64,000 nucleotides of DNA, from assembly GCA_002762795.1 (NCBI GenBank), contig PCYA01000009.1, positions 5,059 to 69,058 of the forward strand, read 5' to 3'. This stretch comes from Candidatus Woesearchaeota archaeon CG10_big_fil_rev_8_21_14_0_10_37_12 (lineage in GTDB: Archaea; Nanobdellota; Nanobdellia; Woesearchaeales; ARS49). The position numbers and the translations under genes are program-made. Of the stretch, positions 49,965 through 60,145 are shown in pieces. Under the pieces are notes generated by a model that had not been told where the DNA came from, made no database searches, and was given only the letters and a program-made list of their open reading frames with translations. Position 1 is the first letter of the stretch. The number at the start of each line of letters is the position of its first letter.

Positions 49965-51091
49965 GAAATAAATCTCATTAACTCATATATCATTCCTGCA
50001 ACAAACATACTAATCAATATTGCATAACCCCAATGAGGGATGTTTATTACATATTCTGGCTTTCTATCTCCAAACTTCTTAGAATAACTGTGGATCAAAA
50101 TAATAATGATACCTACTAAACCTCCCGCAAAGGTTCCTGTAATATCCAATGTTTTAACAAATGACTCAACACCGAGCAGCAAAATAATTGCAGGAACAAG
50201 CATAGTTATCACCCACGCTTTTATATTTGTCATCTTAAAATCAGTCTTAAACACATCCTTTAAAGCATATGCAAGCGCAACAAAAGAACTAGCCATAGCC
50301 AAAATAGCAAAAACATGCAATAAAATAAACCCTGCACCGCCAACCAGCTGCGCAATACTAATCGTAGCAACTTCACTTGTCAACTCTCCAGAAACACCAA
50401 CAACAGCAATTGTAAACAACAAATAAACAATAACAGGAATAACAGAACCCCAGATAATTACTTTTTTTGTCAGTCTTGCACACCTTTTTAACTCTTGGCG
50501 AACTTCAGGAACAGCAGCAGTACCCAGACACGCAAACAACAAAACACCATACGGAATAAACACATTTGTCACATCAAAACCTGTAAACCTTGCAGAAGTA
50601 AAGTGATGCGAATTAAACAAAGCTGCTAAAATTAACACAAAAACAACAAGTTTTACAATTTCCATACACAACTCAGATTCTTCCAACACTTTTAAATTGC
50701 CAAATACAAGAATAGCCATCATGCCATAAAATATAACAGCCCACAACATGAACCAACCACCAAAAATACTCGTCAAACTCTGCGCAACACCTAACGTGTA
50801 CGCAACCAAACTCCCATACACACCAATCATCATCGCAACAAACATCAAATACTTCCCTTTTTTGCCAAGATATTGGTCAGCATATGTTACAAGCTGACCA
50901 CACTTCTTTGAACGCAACCCAATTTCACCTTCTAACAAATGAATAATTAACGCCACAATACCGATAACTAAAATTACAGCAATCCCTGTCCAAAAACCAG
51001 CCTTCATCACAACATAAGGAATAGCTAAAATACCTGCACCAATAATACAACCAGTCATTGTTGCCACTGACCCAAAAAATACTCTATTCAT
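49961..51091 (-). CDS. APC-superfamily amino-acid/polyamine transporter-like permease
   Basis: 376 aa, about 11 TM helices. Confidence 0.4.
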   Translation of the reverse strand: MNRVFFGSVATMTGCIIGAGILAIPYVVMKAGFWTGIAVILVIGIVALIIHLLEGEIGLRSKKCGQLVTYADQYLGKKGKYLMFVAMMIGVYGSLVAYTLGVAQSLTSIFGGWFMLWAVIFYGMMAILVFGNLKVLEESELCMEIVKLVVFVLILAALFNSHHFTSARFTGFDVTNVFIPYGVLLFACLGTAAVPEVRQELKRCARLTKKVIIWGSVIPVIVYLLFTIAVVGVSGELTSEVATISIAQLVGGAGFILLHVFAILAMASSFVALAYALKDVFKTDFKMTNIKAWVITMLVPAIILLLGVESFVKTLDITGTFAGGLVGIIIILIHSYSKKFGDRKPEYVINIPHWGYAILISMFVAGMIYELMRFIS

Positions 51092-51218
51092 AAAACCTCT
51101 TTTTAGTTAGTATGAAGTAAGAGGTTGGAAGTAAGAAGTTATAAATATTTGGTTGGAAGTCAAGAAAACGCATGAGCAAAGGGCAGAAATACATCAGTAA
51201 ACGACATAAAGCAAGTAT

Positions 51219-51839
51219 TTACTGTTTTCTTTGTGCTTCAAGATTATATTTCTTAGCTTGTTTCAAGACATCATCAACTGTAGTACTAATAGCAAGCTGA
51301 CCATGTGAACGTAAGTTAATGTATGTTCTCCCTGATAACTTTAACAAATCAACAACTTCTTTTGCATGTTTCATGCTTGCACCAACAAACACGCTTTTTG
51401 TAATAGGGATATTTTTTAATTCCAAAATTTTATTATCGTGTGTATGAATAATTACCTTAATCTCAGGAAAATCTTTGTATATTTGATGATGAATAAATAA
51501 TCCGCGTGAGGGTTTTCCAATTCCTGCCAGATGGATAATTCTTGAACTATGATCTACTTTTTCAACATATACAATATTGTCTTTTGAAGGATTACTTTTT
51601 TTCACTTTACTGGCAGTCATAAAAAATCCTCTTAGTTGCTTATCAAACATTGCCCCATGAAAGCTAAAATTTCCTGAGGATCTCTTCTGTCCAAAATTTT
51701 CTTCATCTCCAATTAACGGCAAACCGTCAAATTTGTCAAGGTACTTTCCAATACGCTTCATAACTCGCAATACTTCATTAAGAAAGCCATCCTCAAAATT
51801 TTTTATTCTTTTTACTTGATAATCTCTTGCATCAACCAT
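51219..51839 (-). CDS. Class II aldolase/adducin-family protein
   Basis: VIIHTHDN and LRSHGQLAIS motifs resemble HTHS and NHG(L/V) of the family. Confidence 0.45.
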   Translation of the reverse strand: MVDARDYQVKRIKNFEDGFLNEVLRVMKRIGKYLDKFDGLPLIGDEENFGQKRSSGNFSFHGAMFDKQLRGFFMTASKVKKSNPSKDNIVYVEKVDHSSRIIHLAGIGKPSRGLFIHHQIYKDFPEIKVIIHTHDNKILELKNIPITKSVFVGASMKHAKEVVDLLKLSGRTYINLRSHGQLAISTTVDDVLKQAKKYNLEAQRKQ

Positions 51840-51893
51840 GTATCAAAAGTATCATTAGAACTCTTTGTTTTTTCTACCTACATAATTAGGTCT

Positions 51894-52547
51894 TTATCTA
51901 TTCCCAAAAAGAACAGGCAAAATTTTACTTTGCGCCTTTTTCAAATGTTCCTGAAATGTAACTCTTGAAATATTCATCTGTTTTGCAAGTTTTTCAAGAT
52001 CAGTTCTTTTAGGATAATCAAAGTAACCATCCTTAATAGCTAACTGCAACACTTCTTTTTGTCTATTTGTTAACTTTGGCATTACTTGAGGAACAAACAC
52101 ATCTGTAAAATCCGATTTTTCAATTGAAACAAGTTTTACAATAAAATGTTTTTTGAATATCTTATACAAGTCTGTTATGGTTTCTTTCTCCCAAGCGCCA
52201 AAAAGCCAGTCCTCTTTACCATCTTTATGAACTACAGGCTTTAACAGAAACACTTTTGGCGTATAATAGTTTGTTGTATGATGATCAGAATCTTTTAACT
52301 TAATATGTGAGATAAACACATTTCCCTCTCCAGAAAACTTCAGACAACGCTCATCTTTCTTAATTTCATTTACAAACGTACGAATATTATTTTCCTGCCC
52401 GATCAAAATATTTACATTTGTATGATATGTATAATTTCCTTCTCTGTAAGAACTCAAAGGATACATAGAAATAACAACATTATATTTGGATGCATTCTTT
52501 AAGTAAATACAGTTCTCATGCCAAACATTAAAGTGACCTATCCACAT
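51894..52547 (-). CDS. Transcriptional regulator with a C-terminal HTH_10 (bacterio-opsin-activator-type) domain
   Basis: TNRQKEVLQLAIKDGYFDYPKRTDLEKLAKQMNISRVTFQEHLKKAQSKI. Confidence 0.55.
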   Translation of the reverse strand: MWIGHFNVWHENCIYLKNASKYNVVISMYPLSSYREGNYTYHTNVNILIGQENNIRTFVNEIKKDERCLKFSGEGNVFISHIKLKDSDHHTTNYYTPKVFLLKPVVHKDGKEDWLFGAWEKETITDLYKIFKKHFIVKLVSIEKSDFTDVFVPQVMPKLTNRQKEVLQLAIKDGYFDYPKRTDLEKLAKQMNISRVTFQEHLKKAQSKILPVLFGNR

Positions 52548-52633
52548 AAATTCAAAAATGCTTTGTTTGTATATAAACTTAGACCAAAAAACGAATAGCT
52601 TAAAAAAGGATCAGAAAATAACAACATCATATC

Positions 52634-52707
52634 GGGGACATAGTATAACCTGGCTAGAATAGGCGGCTCCAACCCGCCGGATTTGGGTTCGAATCCCAAT
52701 GTCCCCA
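52634..52707 (+). tRNA. trnW: tRNA-Trp (anticodon CCA). The 3' CCA is not encoded
   Basis: 7-bp acceptor GGGGACA/TGTCCCC. Anticodon arm GGCGG-CTCCAAC-CCGCC. Canonical T-arm TTGGG-TTCGAAT-CCCAA. The D-arm is non-canonical as read. Confidence 0.75.
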
Positions 52708-52723
52708 CTTATTACTTTAAAAA

Positions 52724-53284
52724 ATGAAATCAATATTCATAATACACGGAACAGAAGGGTATCCAGAAGAGAACTGGTTTCCTTGGCTGAAAAAGAAATT
52801 AGAAGAATTAGGTTGCAATATTTTTGTTCCTCAGTTTCCTTCACCACCAATTGTTCCCGCAAAGATATCTGAATGGTTTGAAGTATTTGAGAAATACAAA
52901 CAGCACATTAATGAGGATACTATAATTATTGGTCACAGTTTAGGTGGAGTTTTTACCCTTAATCTGCTTGAAACATTAAAACAACCAATTAAAGCAGCTA
53001 TTTTTGTAGGCACTCCGATAGGCGTTCGTCCAATATTAAATTATGACAGAGACAGCAGTTTTAGTGGCTTTTCTTTTGATTGGCAGAAGATAAAAACTAA
53101 AGCACAGAATTTTATCGTTTTTCAATCAGATAATGATCCTTACGTCAGTTTGGGAAATGGCGAAGAATTAGCAAAAAACCTGAATGTAGAATTAAGCTTT
53201 GTACCAAACGCAGGACATTTCAATGAAAAAGCAAAGTATTTGAAATTTGAGTTGTTGCTTGAGAAGTTGAAGTTGATTTTGTGA
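52724..53284 (+). CDS. Alpha/beta serine hydrolase of the YdeN/RBBP9 family
   Basis: GHSLGG nucleophile elbow, 186 aa. Confidence 0.6.
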   Translation: MKSIFIIHGTEGYPEENWFPWLKKKLEELGCNIFVPQFPSPPIVPAKISEWFEVFEKYKQHINEDTIIIGHSLGGVFTLNLLETLKQPIKAAIFVGTPIGVRPILNYDRDSSFSGFSFDWQKIKTKAQNFIVFQSDNDPYVSLGNGEELAKNLNVELSFVPNAGHFNEKAKYLKFELLLEKLKLIL

Positions 53285-53351
53285 GTTTTATAGCAATATT
53301 TATAAGTATGTGCAATTATTTATGTTTAGTTTAGTTGTAGAGGGGGCGAGA

Positions 53352-53501
53352 ATGGAAGAAAGCAAAAACATCACATTGAAAGTCAATACAAAATTGTATG
53401 ACAAATATAGAGAACTCTGTAAACATGAAGGCTGGATTGTATCTCGTCAATTTGAGAAATGTATGGAAGAAGAATTAAAGAAGAGGGGCGAGAATGAGTA
53501 A
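53352..53501 (+). CDS. Small ribbon-helix-helix-like protein. Possible controller or regulator of the R-M operon
   Basis: NITLKVNTKLYDKYRELCK has a beta-strand-helix pattern. It overlaps the hsdM start. Its SD/start AGAGGGGGCGAGAATG is duplicated at hsdM. Confidence 0.35.
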   Translation: MEESKNITLKVNTKLYDKYRELCKHEGWIVSRQFEKCMEEELKKRGENE

Positions 53502-55515
53502 TTTTCAAGAAAAAATAACATTTATCTGGGATTGTGCTGATTTACTAAGAGGACCATATAAGAGAAATGAATATCAGAAAGTAATTCTTCCTTTTACTGT
53601 ACTAAAAAGATTTGATTGTGTTTTATCAGATTCTAAATCAAAAGTTCTTGAAACTTATAATCAGTTCAAAGGACAATTTGAAAACACGGAGCATGTTTTA
53701 CAAGAAGCGTCCAAAGATAAAAAGGGCAATCCTTTAGGATTTTACAATTATTCAAAATATGATTTTAAAACATTGCTTGAAGATCCTGAGCATATAGAAC
53801 AGAACTTAATTCATTATATTGATAGTTTTAGCAAAAATGTCCAAGATATTTTTGAGAAATTTAAACTTAAAGCACAAATAGAAAAACTTTCTAAAACAGA
53901 TAGACTGTTTAGGCTTGTAAAGAAATTTTCTGAATCAAAAGTTGATTTACATCCAGACGTTGTATCAAATCATGAGATGGGAACAATTTTCGAAGAATTA
54001 ACTCGTAAGTTTGCAGAACAGTCAAATGAAGAAGCAGGAGACCACTTCACCCCTAAGGATGTAGTTGAATTGATGACAAAATTGATGTTTATTGAGAATG
54101 GAGTTCATTTAACAAAGAAGAATTTGATTAAAACAGTTTATGATCCTGCTTGTGGAACTGGCGGAATGCTTTCTAGTTGTAAAGATTTTATAAGTAAAAT
54201 GAATGAATCGGTTGATATTGTTCTATTTGGTCAAGAAATTAATGATGAAATTTTCGCAATATGTAAATCTGATATGCTAATTAGAGGAGAAGATGCAAAT
54301 AATGTTAAAGGAGGAGATGATTTAAGCACACTTTCTAAAGATCAGTTTCCTAATGAAAAGTTTGATTATATAATCTCAAATCCACCTTATGGAACAAAGT
54401 GGGAAGCTGACCAAGACGAAGTAATAAAAGAATCTAAAAAAGGTTTTGAGGGTCGTTTTGGAGCAGGAACTCCAAGAATTAAGGATGGTCAATTATTGTT
54501 TTTGCAGCACATGATTTCTAAGATGAAATTAAAGGAGAAATCAAGAATTGCGGTTATTACAAATGGTTCTCCTTTGTTTACTGGTGATGCAGGTTCAGGA
54601 GAAAGCGATATTCGTAAATGGATTATTGAAGGAGATTTGATTGAAGCGATTATTGCCCTGCCTCATCAAATGTTTTATAAAACAGGTATAGGAACGTATA
54701 TCTGGATTTTGACTAATGAAAAGCCAATTGAAAGAGTTGGTAAAATACAGCTAATTGATGCAACTTCTAAATTTAAGAAGATGCGTAAAAGCTTAGGTAG
54801 TAAAAGGCAATATATTTCCCCTGAAGATATTAAAGAAATTCTGGAATATTATGAAAATTTCAAGCCTTCAAGAAATATTAAAATATTTGATAATGAAGAA
54901 TTTGGATATACTAAGATAACGGTTGAAAGACCATTACAATTAAACTATTGTGTTAATGAAGAAAGACTTGAAAATCTTTATTCTTATAGTGCTTTTTCAA
55001 AACTAGCTGAAAGCAAAAGCAAGAATCCTGATGAAAAGCTAAAAGAGGAAGAAGAAGGAAAAGCAGAGCAAGAGGAAATTATTAAAGCTTTGAAATCTGT
55101 CGGAGATAAAACTTATAAGAATTGGGATGAATTTGAAGAACTTGTTAAGAACGCTTTGAAAAACATTAAATTAACTCCCATATTTATCAAGAATATTATT
55201 CTTAAATTATCAGAACATGATGAAACTGCTGAATATGTTTTAGATGGAAAAGGCAAAAAACAAGCAGATTCCAATTTAAGAGATTCTGAAAAGATTCCAT
55301 TAAAAGAAGATATTCAAGAGTATTTTGACAGAGAAGTGAAACCATATTATCCTGATGGATGGATGGATAGAAGCAAGGATAAAATAGGTTATGAACTAAA
55401 CTTTACTCAATATTTCTACAAATATGTTCCTCCAAGACCTTTGGAAGAGATTGAAACAGACATCAAGAAAGTAACTGATGAGATTGCAGAACTAGTCAAG
55501 GAGGATGTCGAGTAA
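53494..55515 (+). CDS. hsdM: Type I restriction-modification N6-adenine DNA methyltransferase subunit
   Basis: IISNPPYG motif IV and DPACGTGGML motif I. Confidence 0.85.
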   Translation: MSNFQEKITFIWDCADLLRGPYKRNEYQKVILPFTVLKRFDCVLSDSKSKVLETYNQFKGQFENTEHVLQEASKDKKGNPLGFYNYSKYDFKTLLEDPEHIEQNLIHYIDSFSKNVQDIFEKFKLKAQIEKLSKTDRLFRLVKKFSESKVDLHPDVVSNHEMGTIFEELTRKFAEQSNEEAGDHFTPKDVVELMTKLMFIENGVHLTKKNLIKTVYDPACGTGGMLSSCKDFISKMNESVDIVLFGQEINDEIFAICKSDMLIRGEDANNVKGGDDLSTLSKDQFPNEKFDYIISNPPYGTKWEADQDEVIKESKKGFEGRFGAGTPRIKDGQLLFLQHMISKMKLKEKSRIAVITNGSPLFTGDAGSGESDIRKWIIEGDLIEAIIALPHQMFYKTGIGTYIWILTNEKPIERVGKIQLIDATSKFKKMRKSLGSKRQYISPEDIKEILEYYENFKPSRNIKIFDNEEFGYTKITVERPLQLNYCVNEERLENLYSYSAFSKLAESKSKNPDEKLKEEEEGKAEQEEIIKALKSVGDKTYKNWDEFEELVKNALKNIKLTPIFIKNIILKLSEHDETAEYVLDGKGKKQADSNLRDSEKIPLKEDIQEYFDREVKPYYPDGWMDRSKDKIGYELNFTQYFYKYVPPRPLEEIETDIKKVTDEIAELVKEDVE

Positions 55516-56440
55516 GATGGGGGATTTTCCAGAGAATCAAATAAAGTATATTTTAAAGGAGAAGTGGGATAATTCAAATAGAGTCGAATCTGCAATAACA
55601 GACTATTTTTACAAAGAGAAAAAAGGTTCAAAACCTACAAAAACTGATGATTTTATTCTATTATTTATACTTGGAATAAACAAAGATGGGAAGAAAGCAT
55701 TCTCTACAAAATATAGTACTTGGAAACAATCGAAAAATCAAAATTTGTCAAATGAGCTATTAAAACTCTTTTTCATTTCTTCCTTAAAAGATAAAAATGA
55801 CTTTAAGAAAAAAACAACAGAATTTCTAAAAGAAACAAAAATAAAAGATTTTGATAATAGTTTATCGCCACTCTATCTCTTTCTAGAAGAGTTATACTTG
55901 AATAAAAAAAATGAATTCGCAACAGGAATAAAAAACTCAATCTTGCCATTGATAGCTTCACTATTCGGATTTTATAGGCATAATAAAGTAAAACAATTTT
56001 ATCAGATGCAAATAGATCTTATTGATTTAGTAACCCAAAAAAGCATTAACACTTATGAAAAAATAGCCTTGTTGTTATATTCTGAGAACAAACAATTTCA
56101 AGGCATACAACTGAATAGAAAAGATTCTTTAGAATATCTTAAAAACAACAATCCTCCTGTTTTTTATGGATACATTAAGAAAAAATATCTAGACATATTA
56201 AAGGACTTCAAACTATGGGGTATTTCTGCAATTATTGGTTTATTTGCAATCTTGAGAACATTTGGGTTGCTTGACTTTACAGGTATCTACGAGGGAGAAT
56301 TTTTTAAGATAACAGGACTACCAATTATTGTTAATTGGATCTCAGAACCCATTAATCTATTAGTTCTTTTCTTGTTGTCAGTAATTGTTATTGGTGTAAT
56401 AAAGACAATGCAATTTTTTAAGGAGATGAAAAGACAATGA
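55505..56440 (+). CDS. Hypothetical protein X1. About 230 aa are soluble and the C-terminus has two TM helices. It is embedded between hsdM and hsdS
   Basis: It overlaps hsdM by 11 bp and X2 by 4 bp. No recognisable catalytic motif. Confidence 0.5.
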   Translation: MSSKMGDFPENQIKYILKEKWDNSNRVESAITDYFYKEKKGSKPTKTDDFILLFILGINKDGKKAFSTKYSTWKQSKNQNLSNELLKLFFISSLKDKNDFKKKTTEFLKETKIKDFDNSLSPLYLFLEELYLNKKNEFATGIKNSILPLIASLFGFYRHNKVKQFYQMQIDLIDLVTQKSINTYEKIALLLYSENKQFQGIQLNRKDSLEYLKNNNPPVFYGYIKKKYLDILKDFKLWGISAIIGLFAILRTFGLLDFTGIYEGEFFKITGLPIIVNWISEPINLLVLFLLSVIVIGVIKTMQFFKEMKRQ

Positions 56441-57915
56441 AGACAACAATATATTTTAGCGTCAATATTGATGTAGGGGAATATCCTTATGAAGCGTTGT
56501 ATAATGCTTTAGAGAGTCTAAAGTTAAGTATTAACAAAGAAAACAGAACCCTTTCCTTTAATGGCTTATTGATATCTTATCGCCTTAGACATAGGAAAGC
56601 AATACAACGTTATGTATTGACATTTAGTTTGGACAGACCTGCTTCTCAATTAACTGTGAGTGAAACAACACAAAGATATAATCAGATTTGTGGACTTATA
56701 GATTTCTTCCCTCCCGAGATTACAGTGGGGACACTTAAATTTACTCGTGAAGAAATAAAAGATGAAATAGATATTGGAGAATGGTCAATTACAAATCCTT
56801 ACAGTTCTCAAGAAGTAAGCATATTTGACAACTATAACCTTCAAAAACTTAAGGACGAATATGCTGGAAAAATACCCCTAAAACCCATATTTATACAACT
56901 CGATAATAGCGATAATGCTTCAGTCATAATTAATACACTGAAAACATTCTTTTCTGATAACCCTGAAGTGATAGAGGAACGAGTTAATCTTGTTAGAGAC
57001 ATAATTGATGGACGAGCAGACAAAAATAGAATATTTGTCATAATTATATACAGTGCAGATATAAATGATAGTTATATTAAACTGAAGAAATATTTCTTGC
57101 AAAATAACATTCCATCACAATTCATCAACATGGATGATAAGAAATTCTTTTTCAAAACAAAAAATCTCATACCTGAGATGCTGACTAAAGCATCTTGCTA
57201 TCCATTCAAATTTCCAGAGAACATCTCAACTGTAGACGGGTATATTTGCTTGAATGATGTTTATGATGAAAGAAACCCTCTTTTCGGAATAAACATTACC
57301 TATAACACAGAAGAAAATGTGTTTCACAATAAAATTAAAGTCTACTCAGATATAAAATATAATTCAGACTGGAAAAAAATAAACTTTGACGAGGGTAATG
57401 TTAACCTACTAGTGCAAAAAATAACATCCTTAAGTCCTGAATTAAAAGGGAAAACAATCAATGTTTATCTTACCAAATATTGGAAATATACAAACCTAAA
57501 AACACTACAAAAAAAACTTAAAGAGGCAGAAATTAAGATTAACAAAGTGTTTAACATATCATTCTTTTCAGATAAATTCGTGTTTCAAGGGATGGATTCT
57601 TTGGATAAAACAAAGATTCCATTTCTTATTAAAGACAAGTATGTTGCATACATACAACCAAACACTAGAATTGGACTATTTGGCAGTCTTTTCCCAATAA
57701 GTTTGGAGTTATCACTTAGGGATTCAGAAGAGGAAATAATAAGAGAAGATATTGAAGAATATTTGTGGCTGATTAAGAGAAGAGTTTATCGTTTACAGTA
57801 TATAGATATGTTAAGATACCCTGAGTTTTTGGCGTATTCTAAGAAAATAAAAGAACTTAAACTAAGCGAAGAAGAACTCTCTCAATTAACTTTTAGCGGG
57901 GATTTACTAATATGA
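56437..57915 (+). CDS. Hypothetical protein X2 (492 aa, soluble), embedded between hsdM and hsdS
   Basis: 4-bp ATGA overlaps on both sides. No P-loop or known nuclease motif identified by eye. Confidence 0.5.
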   Translation: MKTTIYFSVNIDVGEYPYEALYNALESLKLSINKENRTLSFNGLLISYRLRHRKAIQRYVLTFSLDRPASQLTVSETTQRYNQICGLIDFFPPEITVGTLKFTREEIKDEIDIGEWSITNPYSSQEVSIFDNYNLQKLKDEYAGKIPLKPIFIQLDNSDNASVIINTLKTFFSDNPEVIEERVNLVRDIIDGRADKNRIFVIIIYSADINDSYIKLKKYFLQNNIPSQFINMDDKKFFFKTKNLIPEMLTKASCYPFKFPENISTVDGYICLNDVYDERNPLFGINITYNTEENVFHNKIKVYSDIKYNSDWKKINFDEGNVNLLVQKITSLSPELKGKTINVYLTKYWKYTNLKTLQKKLKEAEIKINKVFNISFFSDKFVFQGMDSLDKTKIPFLIKDKYVAYIQPNTRIGLFGSLFPISLELSLRDSEEEIIREDIEEYLWLIKRRVYRLQYIDMLRYPEFLAYSKKIKELKLSEEELSQLTFSGDLLI

Positions 57916-59243
57916 AACTCAAACCATATCCAAAATACAAAGACTCTGGAGTTCAATGGATTGGAGAGATTCCTGAAGAGTGGGGAGTTAAAAAACTCAA
58001 GATAGTAGCTGATGTTAATATCAGTAATATAGATAAGAAATCATCGGATTTTGAGCCTTATGTTAAATTATGCAACTATACAGATGTTTATTATAATGAC
58101 TTCATAACTTCTGACATAATTTTTATGGTAGCAACAGCAAGTCACCAACAGATATCAAAGCTCAGACTTAAAGAAGGAGATGTACTGATTACCAAAGATT
58201 CAGAAGAAGCTGATGATATTGCCATTCCTGCATTAGTTAAGGAAACTTTCAAAGATGTTGTATGTGGATATCACTTAGCCCACATCAGACCTAATAAATT
58301 GGAATTACTAGGAAGTTACTTGTTCAGATTGTTTAAGTCAAAGAACGTTTCAGATTATTTTACCTTAAACGCTAATGGAGTTACCCGATTTGGTATTAGC
58401 ACATATCCAATAAAAAATGTCCAAATTCTCTTACCCTCCCTTCCAGAGCAGGAAAAGATGATCACTTTCCTAGATTCAAAAACATCTCAATTTGACCAAA
58501 CAATCGAAAAAGACAAACAATTAATTGAACTTCTAAAAGAAAAAAGAACTGCATTAATCAATCATGTTGTAACAAAAGGACTCGATAAAAATGCAAAGAT
58601 GAAAGATTCTGGAATTGATTGGATTGGAGAGATACCTGAAGGTTGGAGTACAAGAAGAATTGATAAGCTTTCAAAAGTAAGTAGAGGAGCATCTCCAAGA
58701 CCCATTGATGACCCAATATACTTTGATGAAAAGGGAGAATATTCTTGGGTTAGGATTGCAGATGTAAGTTCAAGCGATAGATATTTAGAGGAATCATCAG
58801 AAAAACTTTCAGTTTTAGGAAAATCGTTAAGCGTTGCTTTAGAATCCGGGAGATTATTTGTTTCAATAGCCGGAACAGTTGGAAAACCAATTATTACCAA
58901 AATAAAATGTTGTATTCATGACGGATTTGTTTATTTTAAAAATTTAAAAGTTAATAATGAGTATTTATATTATATTTTCATCGGAGAACAAGCATACCTA
59001 GGTTTAGGGAAATGGGGAACACAATTAAATCTTAATACTGAAACAATTGGATTAATTGCAATTCCTTTACCAGATGATAAAGAACAACACCAAATAGTCC
59101 AATACTTAGACAAAGAAACTTCAAAGATTGATCAAATTATTAAAAAGATTGAAGAAAAGATAAATTTAATGGAAGAATATAAAAAATCATTAATTCATCA
59201 TGTTGTAACAGGTAAAATCGATGTGCGAGGTGTTGCACTATGA
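57912..59243 (+). CDS. hsdS: Type I R-M specificity subunit with two target-recognition domains
   Basis: Duplicated DSGxxWIGEIPExW TRD starts and conserved central and C-terminal helices. Confidence 0.8.
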   Translation: MKLKPYPKYKDSGVQWIGEIPEEWGVKKLKIVADVNISNIDKKSSDFEPYVKLCNYTDVYYNDFITSDIIFMVATASHQQISKLRLKEGDVLITKDSEEADDIAIPALVKETFKDVVCGYHLAHIRPNKLELLGSYLFRLFKSKNVSDYFTLNANGVTRFGISTYPIKNVQILLPSLPEQEKMITFLDSKTSQFDQTIEKDKQLIELLKEKRTALINHVVTKGLDKNAKMKDSGIDWIGEIPEGWSTRRIDKLSKVSRGASPRPIDDPIYFDEKGEYSWVRIADVSSSDRYLEESSEKLSVLGKSLSVALESGRLFVSIAGTVGKPIITKIKCCIHDGFVYFKNLKVNNEYLYYIFIGEQAYLGLGKWGTQLNLNTETIGLIAIPLPDDKEQHQIVQYLDKETSKIDQIIKKIEEKINLMEEYKKSLIHHVVTGKIDVRGVAL

Positions 59244-60145
59244 ACAATACTTCAATCATTAGTGATGCAACAAGTACAATCGTGAATAATTCAGCACCAA
59301 TTCTGGCTTCTATTGACCCAAATTGGTTTTATAGTGCAATTGCTCAAAGTTCAGCAGCAATTGTTGGAATTATGGGCGCATTTCTAACTTCAAGAATAAT
59401 AAGTCAGAGAAGTGCAATATCCACTCTTCAAAATGAAATTCATGATAATAATAATAAAATGGAATTCTTGAAAAAAAGAATCTTTGAAAAAAAACAATGG
59501 GTTGAGCAAATAGATGAAGAAGAAAATATGACAAATGTCAAAGATTTCCTCAAAGAAATAAGAGATGATCTTGATCCAGATAATCCTCCTACCATAGATG
59601 AATTAATTGAAAAAGGTAATCAAGATGAAAATGAAGATTACCATAATCTTCCTAAAAATATACTTGAATTAAGTTTTAATGAAGAATATCTTACAGAGTT
59701 AAGAGAAAGACAAAGAAAGCGCTCATCTCCTTTTGGTATGCTTAATATGGATGGATTGATGCTTGATAGGTCAATACTTATAAATCCAAATATTACTGGT
59801 AAAAAATGGGACAGATATCGAAGATATAGTGATGAAATTTATGCAACAGAAGTTGAAATTGATTACTTATCTGATTTAAATAAAACAAAAAATGAGGAAC
59901 TCACTAAATTGATGGAAGCTAATGAAGTTAAAAAAACACTTTTGTTTCTTGGGGGATTTTCAATATTAGGAGTATTTGCTCCTCTAGGAATTATGATGAC
60001 TCAAAACAATTACACCATGAATTTATTTTTACCTTATACATTTTGGATTATTTTTGGTTCTTGGATATTAATACTATTTTATTTTACAAAAGAAATAATT
60101 CAACTAAATAATAAGATTCATAAGATGTCAAAAAATGGAAACTAA
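59240..60145 (+). CDS. Hypothetical membrane protein X3. It has an N-terminal TM, a coiled-coil or acidic middle region and two C-terminal TM helices. It lies between hsdS and hsdR, the position PrrC occupies in prr loci
   Basis: Overlaps on both sides. The E/K-rich middle is predicted coiled coil. Confidence 0.5.
   Translation: MNNTSIISDATSTIVNNSAPILASIDPNWFYSAIAQSSAAIVGIMGAFLTSRIISQRSAISTLQNEIHDNNNKMEFLKKRIFEKKQWVEQIDEEENMTNVKDFLKEIRDDLDPDNPPTIDELIEKGNQDENEDYHNLPKNILELSFNEEYLTELRERQRKRSSPFGMLNMDGLMLDRSILINPNITGKKWDRYRRYSDEIYATEVEIDYLSDLNKTKNEELTKLMEANEVKKTLLFLGGFSILGVFAPLGIMMTQNNYTMNLFLPYTFWIIFGSWILILFYFTKEIIQLNNKIHKMSKNGN

Noticed and set aside
56437-57915. X2 as a short prokaryotic Argonaute (MID-PIWI) or a minimal nucleotidyltransferase
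   Set aside because: The size is compatible, but I cannot find the MID 5'-phosphate-binding motif, an RNase-H-like catalytic tetrad, or a GS...DxD NTase signature by eye. It is left as unknown pending profile searches
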